Source: Pseudovirgaria hyperparasitica (Eukaryota). From it: 64,000 nt of DNA. Under the pieces are notes generated by a model. The model saw only the letters and a program-made list of their open reading frames with translations, searched no databases and was not told the DNA's origin. This document shows, one piece after another, positions 12,774-24,623 of this stretch (position 1 is its first letter; each line of letters opens with the position of its first letter). Both the position numbers and the translations under genes were made by a program. The stretch is from NCBI GenBank assembly GCA_010093815.1, contig ML996579.1. One strand, 5' to 3'.

Positions 12774-13732
12774 TTAGCCACTGGCGGGTGGGCCAGGGGA
12801 AGGAGGCCCGCTTCCTTTCCTCCCGCCAAATATCCCTTTCAATCTCGTCCATATTGGGGTCACCGTTCTCCTAGCTATGGGCTCTACAGCGACTCTCGCG
12901 AACCATGGCGTTCCCCATATGCTGAACAACACTCGTGGGATCATGAACGCCTTGACGACCGCATAAGCAGTTGCAAACTCCACTACAAGCCTGACACCTC
13001 CCTCTCCGCGTCCCCACCACGTCGACCTGTTGTCCTTATCGGCAACTTGTCCCCACGCTCCTTGCGCAGCTCTGGTGACGAGGTTCTTCTTTTTCTTCTC
13101 AATTGCTTCTTCGCTTACATCTTGCTCGTCTTCTCTTTGCTTGATCCACCTTCGCCAGCCCTTGTTCTGTCGCTGTTGCTCGCCCTCCTCACGTATTGCT
13201 TCCTGCTCCACGTATTCGCCTGCCTCTCTTTTCTCTTCCTCGCTAATCCAACCACGTTTGCGCATCCACTTGCCAAACCTCAGTGTTCCTTCCTTAACCC
13301 AGTAACCTTCCGCAAAACCCGGTGGTAACCAATCATAGTAGTGAAATGCGCCTACGAGTCCGAATAAAGGTATGATAGCTGTTAGTTCGTGTAATATAAG
13401 GAAGGCAGAGATATGTGAGAGCGGCGCTGTGCGAAGAGCATGAGCGCGAAACCGCGTAAATTTGGGGACTGGACGCAGATAATTAGCTTCATGTGTGCGT
13501 ATCATGGGTCTTCGGTGTATATACGGCGATTGATTAGACGTTCCACGCTCGATGCTTGTTGCTGTGCGGCTTTGACATTGGCTGCTGGATTACTTTGTGT
13601 GTTGCCCGGCGTCAATGGCTGCTTTCCTGTATAACATCGCCTTTGCGACCGCAAAGATGACTGATAGGGAGTCCTGAAAAGATATCGTATCGTCGTCGGC
13701 GCGTGTGGCGGCGTACGGAGTGGCATCATCAT
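12774..13732 (-). CDS. FLILHELTA-family mitochondrial protein (yeast Mrx11-like), 2 exons
   Basis: Contains the literal family motif AFLILHELTAIIPL and FATAYAVVKAFMIPRVLFSIWGTPWFAR. Arg-rich presequence-like exon 1 from ATG 13732; intron ~13528-13469. Confidence 0.85.
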
Positions 13733-14597
13733 AGGTATGCTGGAGAGACAGAAGGTCGCATGAGCTGGGGTTGAAGCTAGAATATGTAGCGTAGCGTCGT
13801 ACAGTACAAGAAAGAGGTTGTGGAAGCGGATACTGTGTTGCATGCACCGTTCGATCTAACAACGCGCAAGTATCACAAGGATCCGGAAGATACTCTCACA
13901 TATCTTTTAGGATATCGCAATGCGAGTCAACAACAATCTCAATTGGCGTGAGGTGTTGATCATAATACTGTACTTTCGAGGACTGGGCTGGTGAGAGGAA
14001 ATAGCATGGGGACTGTATTGTACGTAGGTGTGCCCAGAGATGCCGATGGTCCCTCGCTTTTTAGGTGGTTCGTGCCGTGCGTCATCGTCAGCTCCAGGGC
14101 TTGCTCCGCCTCCACCAGCTCCACGTGGGGTCTTCTCCATGTTCATGTTCCTATTCACTCCTCTTTCACGACGTTCCACCACCTGCAACACGCATCTTCC
14201 CCTACATCCACCTTATCTCATCAGAGATCCGCATTCCGATCTACCTGTAACCTCGCTGCGCTGTCTCAATCGTTCACATAGTCACTGCCTTGGCCTCACG
14301 CGTACCACGTTGCGGTCGCTTCCGATTAGCTAGCCGTAACTACGAACTCGTAGCCCTTTGGTCGCATCGCCTTGATATTCACACCCTCGAGCCTCATAAG
14401 ATTTCAACGCGGTATACGTTCACACTGACGGCAGTACGGGCACATTAGTCCGAAGCGTTATCCCGGTCATGACTGTCGTTTGCCTATCGCCTCAGTAAGA
14501 GGCCTCAAAAGATTCGAGCTTCCGCGTGCACCTCTCAGTCCTTGCAGAGCTAAGTCCTCAGGCCGTACCAAGACTCTTTCGCAGCATCTACACCCCA

Positions 14598-17500
14598 ATG
14601 GCTCCATCTAATCCGTTTTCGTCGTACTTCCGCTCTCATTCCAAACGGAATACCTCGAACCATTCGTCTCCAGATGGGGGTCCGTACACAAACAACCTAC
14701 CATCATTGAGTAATTTCCGCCCGGAACTTTCTCAGCCGTCACGAAATAATAGCGATGGAAAGAGCCCCCAAACTGAGTTTCCAACAGTTAAAAGGCCACC
14801 ACTATTACCTCCCATACCTCGAATTGCACCCACACATGCTGAACCAAATAACACTACACCCGAAAGCATCCCTCCCACTCCTCCACCAAAGAGCCCAGGT
14901 CGGGACTGGGGAACCAAATTGGCGAACAAAGTCGAGCACTGGAAAGACGGTGCAAGGGAGAACACCGCCCCGTTCCCAGGTGCTGGTATGCATGCCAATT
15001 CAATAAAGCCTACTCAAGATGTTCAGGGCTTTTCAACGTCGACGCACGAGACGGTAGGACTGGATCCATCCGGTCTGGCTGCGCATGGATCTCAAGCATA
15101 CCTCATGAACGAGTTCTCATCCAACTCGCTATATCCCCCATCCTCCGTGTCACCAATCTCACTTTCAGGAGAACATACCTCGACGAGATCTCCCAGTACT
15201 GAGGGCTCACATGCACCAAAGTCAGCACGGGGCAGGTTGAACCTATTGAATCCCATGGGGCTTTTTATGCGACGGAGATCTCATCAAACGGTAGAAACGT
15301 CTAATAATGATACTGCATCACGTAGTCCATTTGTTCCTGCTATGACCCTACCTGAGGACTATGACCCCCGAATTCGAGGTAACAAGGTCCACGACTTCAG
15401 TGCTCCGAGGAAACGAGCAACACCCCCGGTGGATAATTCTTTTTCTTTCGGAGGTCATACACGTAACGACACCCCGGAATGTCAACGAGACTCTGCTGAT
15501 TCGAGTCCATCAAAACTCGATCACACTCCGATATTTAAGGAGAACTTCGATGATGACTTTGGACCACAGGAAATGGATCGTGCTTTACGAGCGGAGCAAT
15601 TGGCTAATCAAAGCTTCCTGAAAAGGGCTTCTCTACAGCCGCCGTCTCCGCCAGACAAGGTGCCTCCTACGATACCGAGCGAGACTGCTCCCTCGATAGC
15701 TAGTCGTCGATCGGTCTGCCCCCCATCAAATCTGAAATTGGACACTAATAAGGACTTACCTCCTCTTTCTCCCGTACGTGAGACGGATGATGTCAGCGAG
15801 GATCCGCCAAAACAAGGTTCATCTCCGAAATCCCCGAAATCACCGCCCATCACGAGATCACGTGCTGCATCCGGGGCGGACCCATACTTTCAAACTGCTG
15901 GTATACCTCAGCATACGACAAGTAAGGCTTCTAGATTTAGCTTCCAGATACTAGGCAATGATTCAGCGGCGCAAGAGAAGCTGCTTGAAGAAAGGCATAA
16001 GGAGAAAGCAGCTGCGAAGGCACTCGCTGAGCGCCCTTCTCAACCGGATGAGTTCGCCGAAGACGATTACGACGAAGACGCGATGTATGAAGAAATGATG
16101 AATGAAGATGGTTTCGACGAGGAAATTCCAGGAATGCAAGATGATGATGAATTAGGTTATGGTGGGTTTTCCGGGTACGGGGGCCTGGCGAATGCCGACT
16201 TGAGCACGTTTGGCACACAGCAACCTATAGTGTCAATGCCAGCTGCTATGAATAACGGTCAAGGTTTTCCCTATCACAGCGAGAGCAAACTATCAAAAGA
16301 CGCCGGCGTAATTCTAGATCTCCAAATTCCAGCTCTGGGAGAAACCGAAACCATCAACGACACTAAATCTATTGATTCTGACACTTGTGTAGATCTTCCA
16401 ATCAACGAAGGCATACATGAAGCTATTGGAACTTCTCGAGGCGACTTTCGGATGTCCTTCTCTAGCCACGGGCTTGAAAAGTTGCAAAACAAAGTGCAAC
16501 GCGAAAGTGATGATCTTTACTTCGATGATGGTATGATTGATGACCCTGTTGATCAAGACGGCGAAGGCTTCGATGAGTCTGTCTTCGACGATCCGACGAA
16601 TCCGTTGTACGAACGTCCTGGACGAAAGTACAAGCCCTCGAATGGGCCAGAGCCATCATTGGACAATGATCTGGGAGAAGAAATGCCAACACTCGCGCCG
16701 AAGTCTAGTGTTCGAAGGGACTTTAAAGTAGATGGGTACAAGGACATCCCTATCACCGATCCTAGTGCCGATCTTGATAATCTCAATGCATACCATGAAG
16801 CTCTTGCCGAAGCTGCGAATCAAGCAGCAGCGAGTGGCCGTTTCAATCGACACAGCATCCTCGAATTGACTCATGAGGCACACTCTTTGTCTCCCTCACA
16901 TTCTCAATCTGATGGGACAAGCTCGTCGCGTCCCAGCCTCATACCTGATGATGGCCGCTTTAGTACGTCTACGGTCGCACCATTTTCCCCGACAGCTATG
17001 GGTAGCGGCGTCGGCTTTCCGGTCGAAGATGACTATGGTTACGATGATTTCGATGGTGGCCTAGAAGACGATCCCATGATTGCAGAGGCCAATGCAGAAG
17101 CCCTCGCGTGCAACTTCGAAGAAGACTACGGTCAGGAATTCGGATTCTATGCATCTTCATCTGGACAAGGCGATGCTGTCTTCTCCAACGGCGGTTACTT
17201 TGGACCACGCGATCAGATGATAGGACGTAGCACCAGTGGAAGGAACGCGGTCCAGGAACCGAATCTCACGCCTATTACAGAGCGCAGCGAGTACAGCACG
17301 CGGAATTCTTTCATTAGTATCACCAATCAGTACCCATGGCATGGACAGGGTCCTCAAGCTCTTACCAGTCCTGGGCTGGCCCAGCTTGCGCGCATGAGCC
17401 CAATTGCGTTTCCCGAGGACGATTCGGACATCAGCCTAGAGCAGCTTCGTAAGCTAAGGAGAGGCGCATTCGGTGACAGTTCGATGAGTCTGAAGAGCCC

Positions 17501-18272
17501 TGGCAGCTCCCCACGGAATTCGCTGCCTAGCGATGCTAATGTCCCCAAGCACGGCAGCTCAGGCCTTGTTAGTGGGATGAACTTCGTCCAATGGGACTTG
17601 GAAAGCTTAAGTGTCCAAGGCACCAGCGACAGTGCATCGCAATTTGGTCCAGATTCATCTCATCTTGACGATCCAACACTGGAAGAAGACCCCGAAGCGC
17701 TTGATGCCGTGAACTTCCCCAACGGCTCTGACTCTGATTTTGAGCCCGATGACGACAATCACAATTCATTTCATGGCTCGTACCTCGACGACATCGACGC
17801 CGAGGATAATGAGTCGCCCACAATCAGAGACTTCCATCCGGACATCCACACCACACCACTATCATCCCAATCCGCAGCGCCTCTCAGCCCGCAGCTCAGC
17901 ATACCTAGCGCTTCAACTCCATGCACTCTGGATCTCTCCCCTCCAACCTCGCCTACCGCGCCACTTCCCTCGCTCCTGTCGCCTCTCGCGCCCATGTCAC
18001 CATTCGCCATCGCCCCGCCCTGGGCACATTGCACGCCGCAGCAGCAGGGGTCCGTCGCGTCATCTACGGTCACGATGAGTCCGAGCGGCCCGCCGCCGAA
18101 TGCATCCTGGAAGACGCATAGCCGGAAGAGTAGCGCGGCCGATAGCGTGACGTATGTGCGTGAGCGTGACGAGCAAGGCGAGCAGAGGTGGGTGATTGAG
18201 AGGAGGCGGACAGCGAGTACGGGCGAGATGGAACTGGTAGGGAGGGAGATTGTCGAGGGAGGGAGAATTTGA
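14598..18272 (+). CDS. Large intronless, mostly disordered hypothetical protein (~1224 aa)
   Basis: 3.7-kb ORF, S/P/D/E-rich, with motif-like islands (LNLLNPMGLFMRRRS, LPEDYDPRIRG, EPNLTPITERSEYSTRNSF, C-terminal SVTYVRE...RWVIERRRT...GGRI). First ATG is at 14598. Confidence 0.85.
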   Translation: MAPSNPFSSYFRSHSKRNTSNHSSPDGGPYTNNLPSLSNFRPELSQPSRNNSDGKSPQTEFPTVKRPPLLPPIPRIAPTHAEPNNTTPESIPPTPPPKSPGRDWGTKLANKVEHWKDGARENTAPFPGAGMHANSIKPTQDVQGFSTSTHETVGLDPSGLAAHGSQAYLMNEFSSNSLYPPSSVSPISLSGEHTSTRSPSTEGSHAPKSARGRLNLLNPMGLFMRRRSHQTVETSNNDTASRSPFVPAMTLPEDYDPRIRGNKVHDFSAPRKRATPPVDNSFSFGGHTRNDTPECQRDSADSSPSKLDHTPIFKENFDDDFGPQEMDRALRAEQLANQSFLKRASLQPPSPPDKVPPTIPSETAPSIASRRSVCPPSNLKLDTNKDLPPLSPVRETDDVSEDPPKQGSSPKSPKSPPITRSRAASGADPYFQTAGIPQHTTSKASRFSFQILGNDSAAQEKLLEERHKEKAAAKALAERPSQPDEFAEDDYDEDAMYEEMMNEDGFDEEIPGMQDDDELGYGGFSGYGGLANADLSTFGTQQPIVSMPAAMNNGQGFPYHSESKLSKDAGVILDLQIPALGETETINDTKSIDSDTCVDLPINEGIHEAIGTSRGDFRMSFSSHGLEKLQNKVQRESDDLYFDDGMIDDPVDQDGEGFDESVFDDPTNPLYERPGRKYKPSNGPEPSLDNDLGEEMPTLAPKSSVRRDFKVDGYKDIPITDPSADLDNLNAYHEALAEAANQAAASGRFNRHSILELTHEAHSLSPSHSQSDGTSSSRPSLIPDDGRFSTSTVAPFSPTAMGSGVGFPVEDDYGYDDFDGGLEDDPMIAEANAEALACNFEEDYGQEFGFYASSSGQGDAVFSNGGYFGPRDQMIGRSTSGRNAVQEPNLTPITERSEYSTRNSFISITNQYPWHGQGPQALTSPGLAQLARMSPIAFPEDDSDISLEQLRKLRRGAFGDSSMSLKSPGSSPRNSLPSDANVPKHGSSGLVSGMNFVQWDLESLSVQGTSDSASQFGPDSSHLDDPTLEEDPEALDAVNFPNGSDSDFEPDDDNHNSFHGSYLDDIDAEDNESPTIRDFHPDIHTTPLSSQSAAPLSPQLSIPSASTPCTLDLSPPTSPTAPLPSLLSPLAPMSPFAIAPPWAHCTPQQQGSVASSTVTMSPSGPPPNASWKTHSRKSSAADSVTYVRERDEQGEQRWVIERRRTASTGEMELVGREIVEGGRI

Positions 18273-18801
18273 GGAGAAGAAGCATATTGATTAGTAGTGG
18301 ATAAAGAGGAGGTAAAAAAAGAATTTGGGACAAAGGCAATATTTTTTTCAGGTACATATTTGCACTGAAATGCTTCAAAGGTTCGTGAAGCTATAAAAGG
18401 ACATCACAACAACGGGGAGGACATTAGTTTTGCATATTAGCACTGGCGCATACATCATTCACGGCGCCTAAGCACGACACAGGACAGGCTTAAGAGTGAG
18501 AGGCGAGGCCGTCGACATCTACATGTTCATATCGCATCGCATACATTAGCATGCCCACCACCACAGTCAATAACTTCTAATAACAAAACAACGCAGACCA
18601 CGAAATTTTCGCGTTCTGAATTTTTTCTGTTTCCAAACTCCAAGCATCTGAGTATCGTCTGAACCGAATGAACCCGTCCCAGTACATCCGTCCTAGCGTA
18701 ACCGTCCTAGCGTGTGTGAAACTCCGGGTTATGCAAAAAAACAAAGAGCGTATATGACCTGGCTAATGCCCGGCGATCGTGTATGTCGTATCGTGAGCTA
18801 G

Positions 18802-20930
18802 CTAGGCGCGACTGCTTCCCGGCCTGCTCTTGTTCATCGCCTTACGACAGTCGTCGCAGTACCATTTTGCTGCTACTTTGTTAGCTGAATGCCCGGTACG
18901 TCATACTCTATACAATCAAGGGAGGAAGTTTTTAAAAAAAAAAAAAAAAAAAAACTCGCTTTTGTCCGGCGGCGCCTTCTTGATGCCGACACATTCCCAA
19001 TGAAACCACTGGCGCGGGCAATCATCGTTATCACATCCAATCATCTGCCCATGGCTCACGCCGTTGCAGAAACAATATCGCTCCTCGCCCGCTTCATCGT
19101 CGACGTCTATATCATCTGATAAGTCGCCCGGCTCGCTGCTGTGGGGTGCGTCGTCCTCGGGCTCCGACCCTTCGTCTGGTTGGAGTAGTGGTGGTGGCGG
19201 TTTCGTCGGGCTTGGAGGAGCAGCAGTAGCAGGGGGTGCTGGAACAGTGGCGGATACAACCGAGCCGCGTTTCTTATGCGACACTTTGGATCCGGCGGAG
19301 GGAGCGTTGGATTCGGAGGAGGCGTGCGAGCCGCCGTTGGACTTCTCTTTGTTGCGAGTACTACGCGAGCGGGCCATGGGAGCAGAGTCAGACGTGTCAG
19401 CGGGAGGGGAGGAAGGTGGGAGGATGGGCGTTTTCTGAACTGCCATTGTCGGTGTGGTTTCGTCTTTCTTTGACGGGGCGGCTTCGCTTTTGGGCAGTGC
19501 TGCTGTGATGGTTTTGCGCAAATCACGCCCGCCGGCGCTGTCTTTGCCGCGACTAGAGTCGATTGAGGGGGAGCGTCGTTCGCGGATTTGCTCGACGACT
19601 GAGGCATGTGAGGTTGGCGTGGAACCTCTGCGTCCTCTTGTAGATTGTGGACGTTCGGAACCGAAGTCTTTAAAGGTGGTCAGGGCTGGAGATTGCATGG
19701 GAGATGCTGCGACACCAGGAGCTCTACAAGCCATGTTAGCATAACGTGTGACAGCCTTCGTCTCATATGTATATACCTTTTCTTGACGGGCGCAGAAGAT
19801 GTTGGTGGTGCCCTGGCACGCTTTTTAGGTCCTTCTGCAGGAGTTTCTCGAGGACTGCCGCCAGTTTTGGCACTGGCTGTGGACTTTATGGCCGTGCTCA
19901 TAGAGCGTTGCATGACCTCACCGCCCGCAGGCGCTTTTTCTGTCTTCCGTTTCTTGGGAGCTGCCACACTCGTGATACCAAGGCCGTTTACTTTATTCTC
20001 ATCTGCCGGTTTTCGCGCCTTGCCAGTATTGACTTTCTTCGGTGGAGGCCTGTCATCAAAATCAGAGTCGACGTGATGATTGCGAGCTCTTTTAGACAGC
20101 ATGGCCTCGCGTCTTGCCTCGCTTCTCGATGCGATCTCACTTTCCTGCATCGCTGTTGCGGCAGCAGCCATGACGTTTGTCGCGGCTACGTCTCTCCTTG
20201 TGCGCTCCGTCGCGGCCGCCTTGGTTTTTTCCACCTTGTCAATATAGGCCCAGTGTGTTGTACTGCCAAAGCGAGCTTCGTCGGAGATCTCCTCACCAAG
20301 GTGTACGTAGGAGCTATTCATGCGAACGAGACCTTTGCTCAAGGTTTGATTTGCAGAGGAGAGAACGTGTATCTTTTCGTCCAGGGTGGGGATCATTTGA
20401 CCTATTAGTGAGCGCATTTGGAAGAAGATCTGCCGGCGCTTGAGGCCTGCCTGCTCCTCTGGTGGGAGACTCTCAAAATTTGCTGGATATAGCTCGAGCT
20501 GAAGTTGTTGGTGATGGGCGATCATATCCTGCTGCATGGATCCCGTAGCACTGGGGGCAGCACTCATAGGAACGTTTCCATCAACGGATTGCGGCTTAGT
20601 CTTGTAGCTTTGCGATCGGTTCGGTACCGGCATATGTGCGATCTCTTCAAAAATCTTTTGTACATGTTTCTCTGGTTCGTGAGACTTTGCTTCCACCTCT
20701 TTCAGCATCGAGAAGTGCTTGATCAACTCCTTCGGCAAAGCCGCGACTGAGTCTGTGAAGTGAGTGATTGCTGGGCAGAACCCGGGAGCAGTATTAGCGG
20801 GAGGCGTATCGGCATTTCCCAAGGATCCTCGAGGACCAAAGGGTCGCGCATAGTAGTTTGAAGGTCTTGTTGTGCTCGTGCGCACTTGACGAGTGGAGGT
20901 TCGCCGGTTGCTCGAGGCTGGAGGAGCCAT
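18802..20930 (-). CDS. ING-family PHD-finger chromatin reader (Pho23/Yng-like), 3 exons
   Basis: ING N-terminal domain (FTDSVAALPKELIKHFSMLKEVEAK) and PHD finger YCFCNGVSHGQMIGCDNDDCPRQWFHWECVGI...KWYCDDCR. Introns at 19776-19724 and 18959-18873/18870; stop TAG at 18802. Confidence 0.92.
18934..18954. repeat. A21 homopolymer (T-tract on the coding strand) inside ING intron 2
   Basis: 21 consecutive A on the plus strand. Confidence 0.95.
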
Positions 20931-21561
20931 CGCGAGCAGGGCGGGCGCGAGGTGAAGCTCGCGTCGTATCTGACCTGAAAGCTTTGATTCGGAGCTCTGT
21001 CGAGAAGATCTAAGCAGGACAAATGAACATGGAATAACTACATGTCAAGTGGTAGCGGAGTAGAAGAGGTCGGGAGAGTTATGAGGCTGTGGGGAAGACG
21101 CGAGCGGGTGTTACTGTTAAAGCCCCCAGTGAATTGGTGCAATGACCGCACTCAAAGCGCTCCCGTTAAAGCACTTGGGCCGAGCTACTGAGCCAAGACC
21201 AAACAGTTTATTGCGCGTAAGTCTCTTTGCCTGATGCCTTGTTGCCTTGTTGCCTCATATGATCACGCCTGCTCTCATTGGTCTAAGCATTTCACAATGT
21301 CTATACGTAGTAGATTCTGTATGTCGTTGACTAATTACCGCATATGGTTCTGCTTACCCCTAGGTCAAACTCCTTGGTGAAACTCGCAGATCTACAGTGT
21401 TGTTGGTATACCATTCATGACGTTCATGTAGCTCAATCAGTAAAATTTATGCTCTAGAACATGACTTCCTGTCCAGAAACTAATTACATGAAGTCAATTC
21501 GTACTCTATCGACACTGGGTCTGGAATATATATAGTACAATGCCCGCAAGGCTGCTTAGTT

Positions 21562-22367
21562 TCATACAGTCGCCTCTTCCTCTGGAATCATACCAATAGG
21601 CTTTAAAATTCTCTCTCGCACCATTCTGTTAGCCACCTCACCCCCTCTCTCTAATGCTAGGGCGCCAATGATGGCGTAAATTGTTCCGTTGATTACCGTA
21701 TGCTCGCCTGATAGTGATAGATTGTCCGTCTAGAAGCGCCTGTGTTAGCTGCAGTCAAGTGTTGTTGAGAGGTAGTTCTTACACGCCGTGGTTTCCACCG
21801 CATCGCGGACCGCATTCCAGCTTTTATTCCCAGAGCATAAAGCTTTTTCGGGCTCACCAACTCCTTTCTCCGCTCAGCAGTCAGGAAGTCCAGACCGTCC
21901 AGCGCTGGATGCGCCGAAGGATACTGGTTTGCTCCATTCGCCAACACCGCCAGACTTGCCTGCAGGTCTACAATCCGCTTCCCTAGAAACGTGAGACGAT
22001 CGTTGAAACCTCTTCGGCCATGATCGAATGATTTGTGTGTAACTGCAAGCCACTTTGTCTCTTCTGAAAGCAAATCGCAGCTGCCCGGACCCAGAAACTG
22101 GTTATACATCTTGTCGAGCCTTTTCGGTTCGGTGTTGACGACGTAGTGACTGTTCGGTGTTAAGGGATTGAGGCGTACCGGTGCGATCATAGCTTTAGGT
22201 GTTTGCTTCCATCGTGGGGCTGTCAATTCTTGTTCGTTTTCGGGAGTGTACAGGCGAGCGGGTGTGCTGGAGATACAGCGTTTGTTGGGCAGCGAGGGGC
22301 ATCGTGATTGGGGTATTGCGGACGTGGAGGTGCTATGTAATAGCTGTAAAGGTCGCCTAGAGGCCAT
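21562..22367 (-). CDS. MRPL15: Mitochondrial ribosomal protein mL57 (MRPL15), RNase III-like fold, 2 exons
   Basis: LSEETKWLAVTHKSFDHGRRGFNDRLTFLGKRI, RWKPR, and last exon IYAIIGALALERGGEVANRMVRERILKP. Mitochondrial presequence-like N-terminus. Confidence 0.88.
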
Positions 22368-22554
22368 TGTGGCCGGTCTGTAAAGGTTGGCGAGCAGGAT
22401 TCTGATCTATGCGATGAAGTGACGGAGAATGTCGAGCTGTTGAAAAACGACGCTAGTAACCTAAAAGGCCAGCCAGTCGCGCGGCGCGTCTTCCCCGTAC
22501 AAGCGTCGTTTCCTGAATATCGTCAGCTCCAAGCCTCTTGCTGTCTCAGCATTC

Positions 22555-24243
22555 ATGGCATCGACACCGGCTACTTTGGAACAGGCTCTAGCACAAGAGC
22601 TACCAGAGGGGCTGCGCTTCATATTTCACCACATCTCAACAACTCCCACTAGATGCGATGCCATATTTGCAGCAGCGCCTCAGACAAAGCCCGACAGAAC
22701 ATACTGCGAATCGCATCTTCTGAACGTGTCAATTGCACCCAAAGGCGGAGCTCAGGATGAGCGACTGATTGTCCTTGCGATTGAGATTCAGATATACACT
22801 ACGAATCGTCTGACCACAATCTTCGTCTCCAAGGCTGACACCACCGGGTATCTCTCCGTCGCGAATTATCCTCGATCGAGAGTTTCTGTAGCCAGAGCTG
22901 TGTCGAAGGCCTTCATAGGATACCTTGCAACAAACAGGCAAAGACCTGGGAAGAGACTAGTCATCTCACTCTTCGCTCGTGCACAAGACCAATACCTGTT
23001 CCCTGGGAGCATTGACAATGGGCTGAAACATGTTCTGGACGACCGAGGGTTGATCAAGTGGTGGTGTCGTGTGCTTGACCCTATCTTGAAGGACTACAAC
23101 CCAAAGACCAATCCGACAATCCAAGAGTTGGAAGGTGGTGCTGAAATGGACACGGACAAGTCCACAGCCCATGGATATCTGATCGTGCCGGGACTGGAAC
23201 TCTATGAAACACTTCGTTACTTCCCCTCGCCAAATACCCAATGGACACATGGAGACCCTCTGCGAGAGATTTCTCAGAACCCAAACGCACCTCCGCGCTC
23301 ATTGATTCCTCATTTCCCAGACGATCCAAAGGCGCGTTATCTTGATGAACTGGACATTGAGCTTCCGGACCGGAACGCTTCAACATTGAAAACTCCAACT
23401 CACTCTGACGGACAGTGGAAAAGCATCAAGACCCTCGAACAATTCTGGGAAATGATGTCCTACCGCCAGGAGTGCTCGTCCGGCCGTCTAGTAGGGTTCA
23501 TTTGGGTGGTAGTCACACCGCCTGATCTATCGACCCATGGCGATGAAGCAGCTACTGTTGGAGAGAAACAGACCTCACTTTCCTCTATGGTCAACCCCTT
23601 GCCTCCTGTGAAGTCAACACATCCAAAGAATGCCCTAAGAAATACATATTCTCCAGCCCGCGCGTGTGGAGTGAGACGCCCAAAGCCGAAATCTACAGGG
23701 CGGCCAAAACTATGTGGTCCCATCAAACCGCGTCTCCCGAAGATCAAATCTGCGTCCTCAGGGTCATCCTCGAATTCACAGCCTGAATCTACACCATACT
23801 ATTGGTGGCCGATCGCAGGACGCGGCGAGCTTGTCTTCGGTCCAAAAGACTATCAACGTGCACTTGATATACTTCTCAACCAAAATTTCACAGACCGCGA
23901 TAAAGCAGGTCGAAGTACTCGAAAATGGACCGAGGAGGTAGGTCTATTAGGAGGACGTGACAAGGCAGCATGGGGCTTGGAAGTAGCGGGGACGCAGACT
24001 GCAGTGAATACCACCACAGAAACAGGTGACGTGACTGGTGTCAATACTCTTGATATAACGATCATGAAAAAAAAGCGCAAGGTCGATGTGTGCGAGGAGG
24101 TGAGCAATGAACCACCGACGTTGAACGCGGGATTGGTGCGCAAGAAAGCGGCGAATCAAGTGGACGTTTCGCAGAAGGCGGCATGTGACCATGATGTGAA
24201 TGTGCTTGGAGGTGGACTGGTCAGGAAGAAACCAAAGACGTAA
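22555..24243 (+). CDS. RTT109: Histone H3K56 acetyltransferase Rtt109 (KAT11)
   Basis: FVSKADTTGY, SLFARAQDQYLFPGS, KHVLDDRGLIKWW, IPHFPDDPKARYLDEL, FWEMMSYRQECSSG. Confidence 0.95.
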   Translation: MASTPATLEQALAQELPEGLRFIFHHISTTPTRCDAIFAAAPQTKPDRTYCESHLLNVSIAPKGGAQDERLIVLAIEIQIYTTNRLTTIFVSKADTTGYLSVANYPRSRVSVARAVSKAFIGYLATNRQRPGKRLVISLFARAQDQYLFPGSIDNGLKHVLDDRGLIKWWCRVLDPILKDYNPKTNPTIQELEGGAEMDTDKSTAHGYLIVPGLELYETLRYFPSPNTQWTHGDPLREISQNPNAPPRSLIPHFPDDPKARYLDELDIELPDRNASTLKTPTHSDGQWKSIKTLEQFWEMMSYRQECSSGRLVGFIWVVVTPPDLSTHGDEAATVGEKQTSLSSMVNPLPPVKSTHPKNALRNTYSPARACGVRRPKPKSTGRPKLCGPIKPRLPKIKSASSGSSSNSQPESTPYYWWPIAGRGELVFGPKDYQRALDILLNQNFTDRDKAGRSTRKWTEEVGLLGGRDKAAWGLEVAGTQTAVNTTTETGDVTGVNTLDITIMKKKRKVDVCEEVSNEPPTLNAGLVRKKAANQVDVSQKAACDHDVNVLGGGLVRKKPKT

Positions 24244-24623
24244 AGATTATGAGATACGCGATCATCGGGATGGGTTCCTAGGATGCATCTAATTATTCAT
24301 TGCAGCGCGCCAGGGAGTATCAACGGTAAGAAAGTGCATTGGATCGGCGCATAGGCAAAATCGAATCATTGGGTATTATTAGCATGGAGCTTATTTGAGG
24401 CGCGCCGCGACGCACGTACATTGCTCGCGTTGACATAGAATGCTGCATACTTTCCGTAGGGATATCTTGTTTATTTAAATGAGCCCTGTGAAGCCTCCCT
24501 GCGCACGGACACTTGACGTATCCATCCGTCATATCCATCTACTGGTGGCCTCATTACACTCCAAATTCAAGCTCTGCCTGTTCACCTAGAAGTATCGAAC
24601 ATCGACGAACATGTAGTCGGGGT

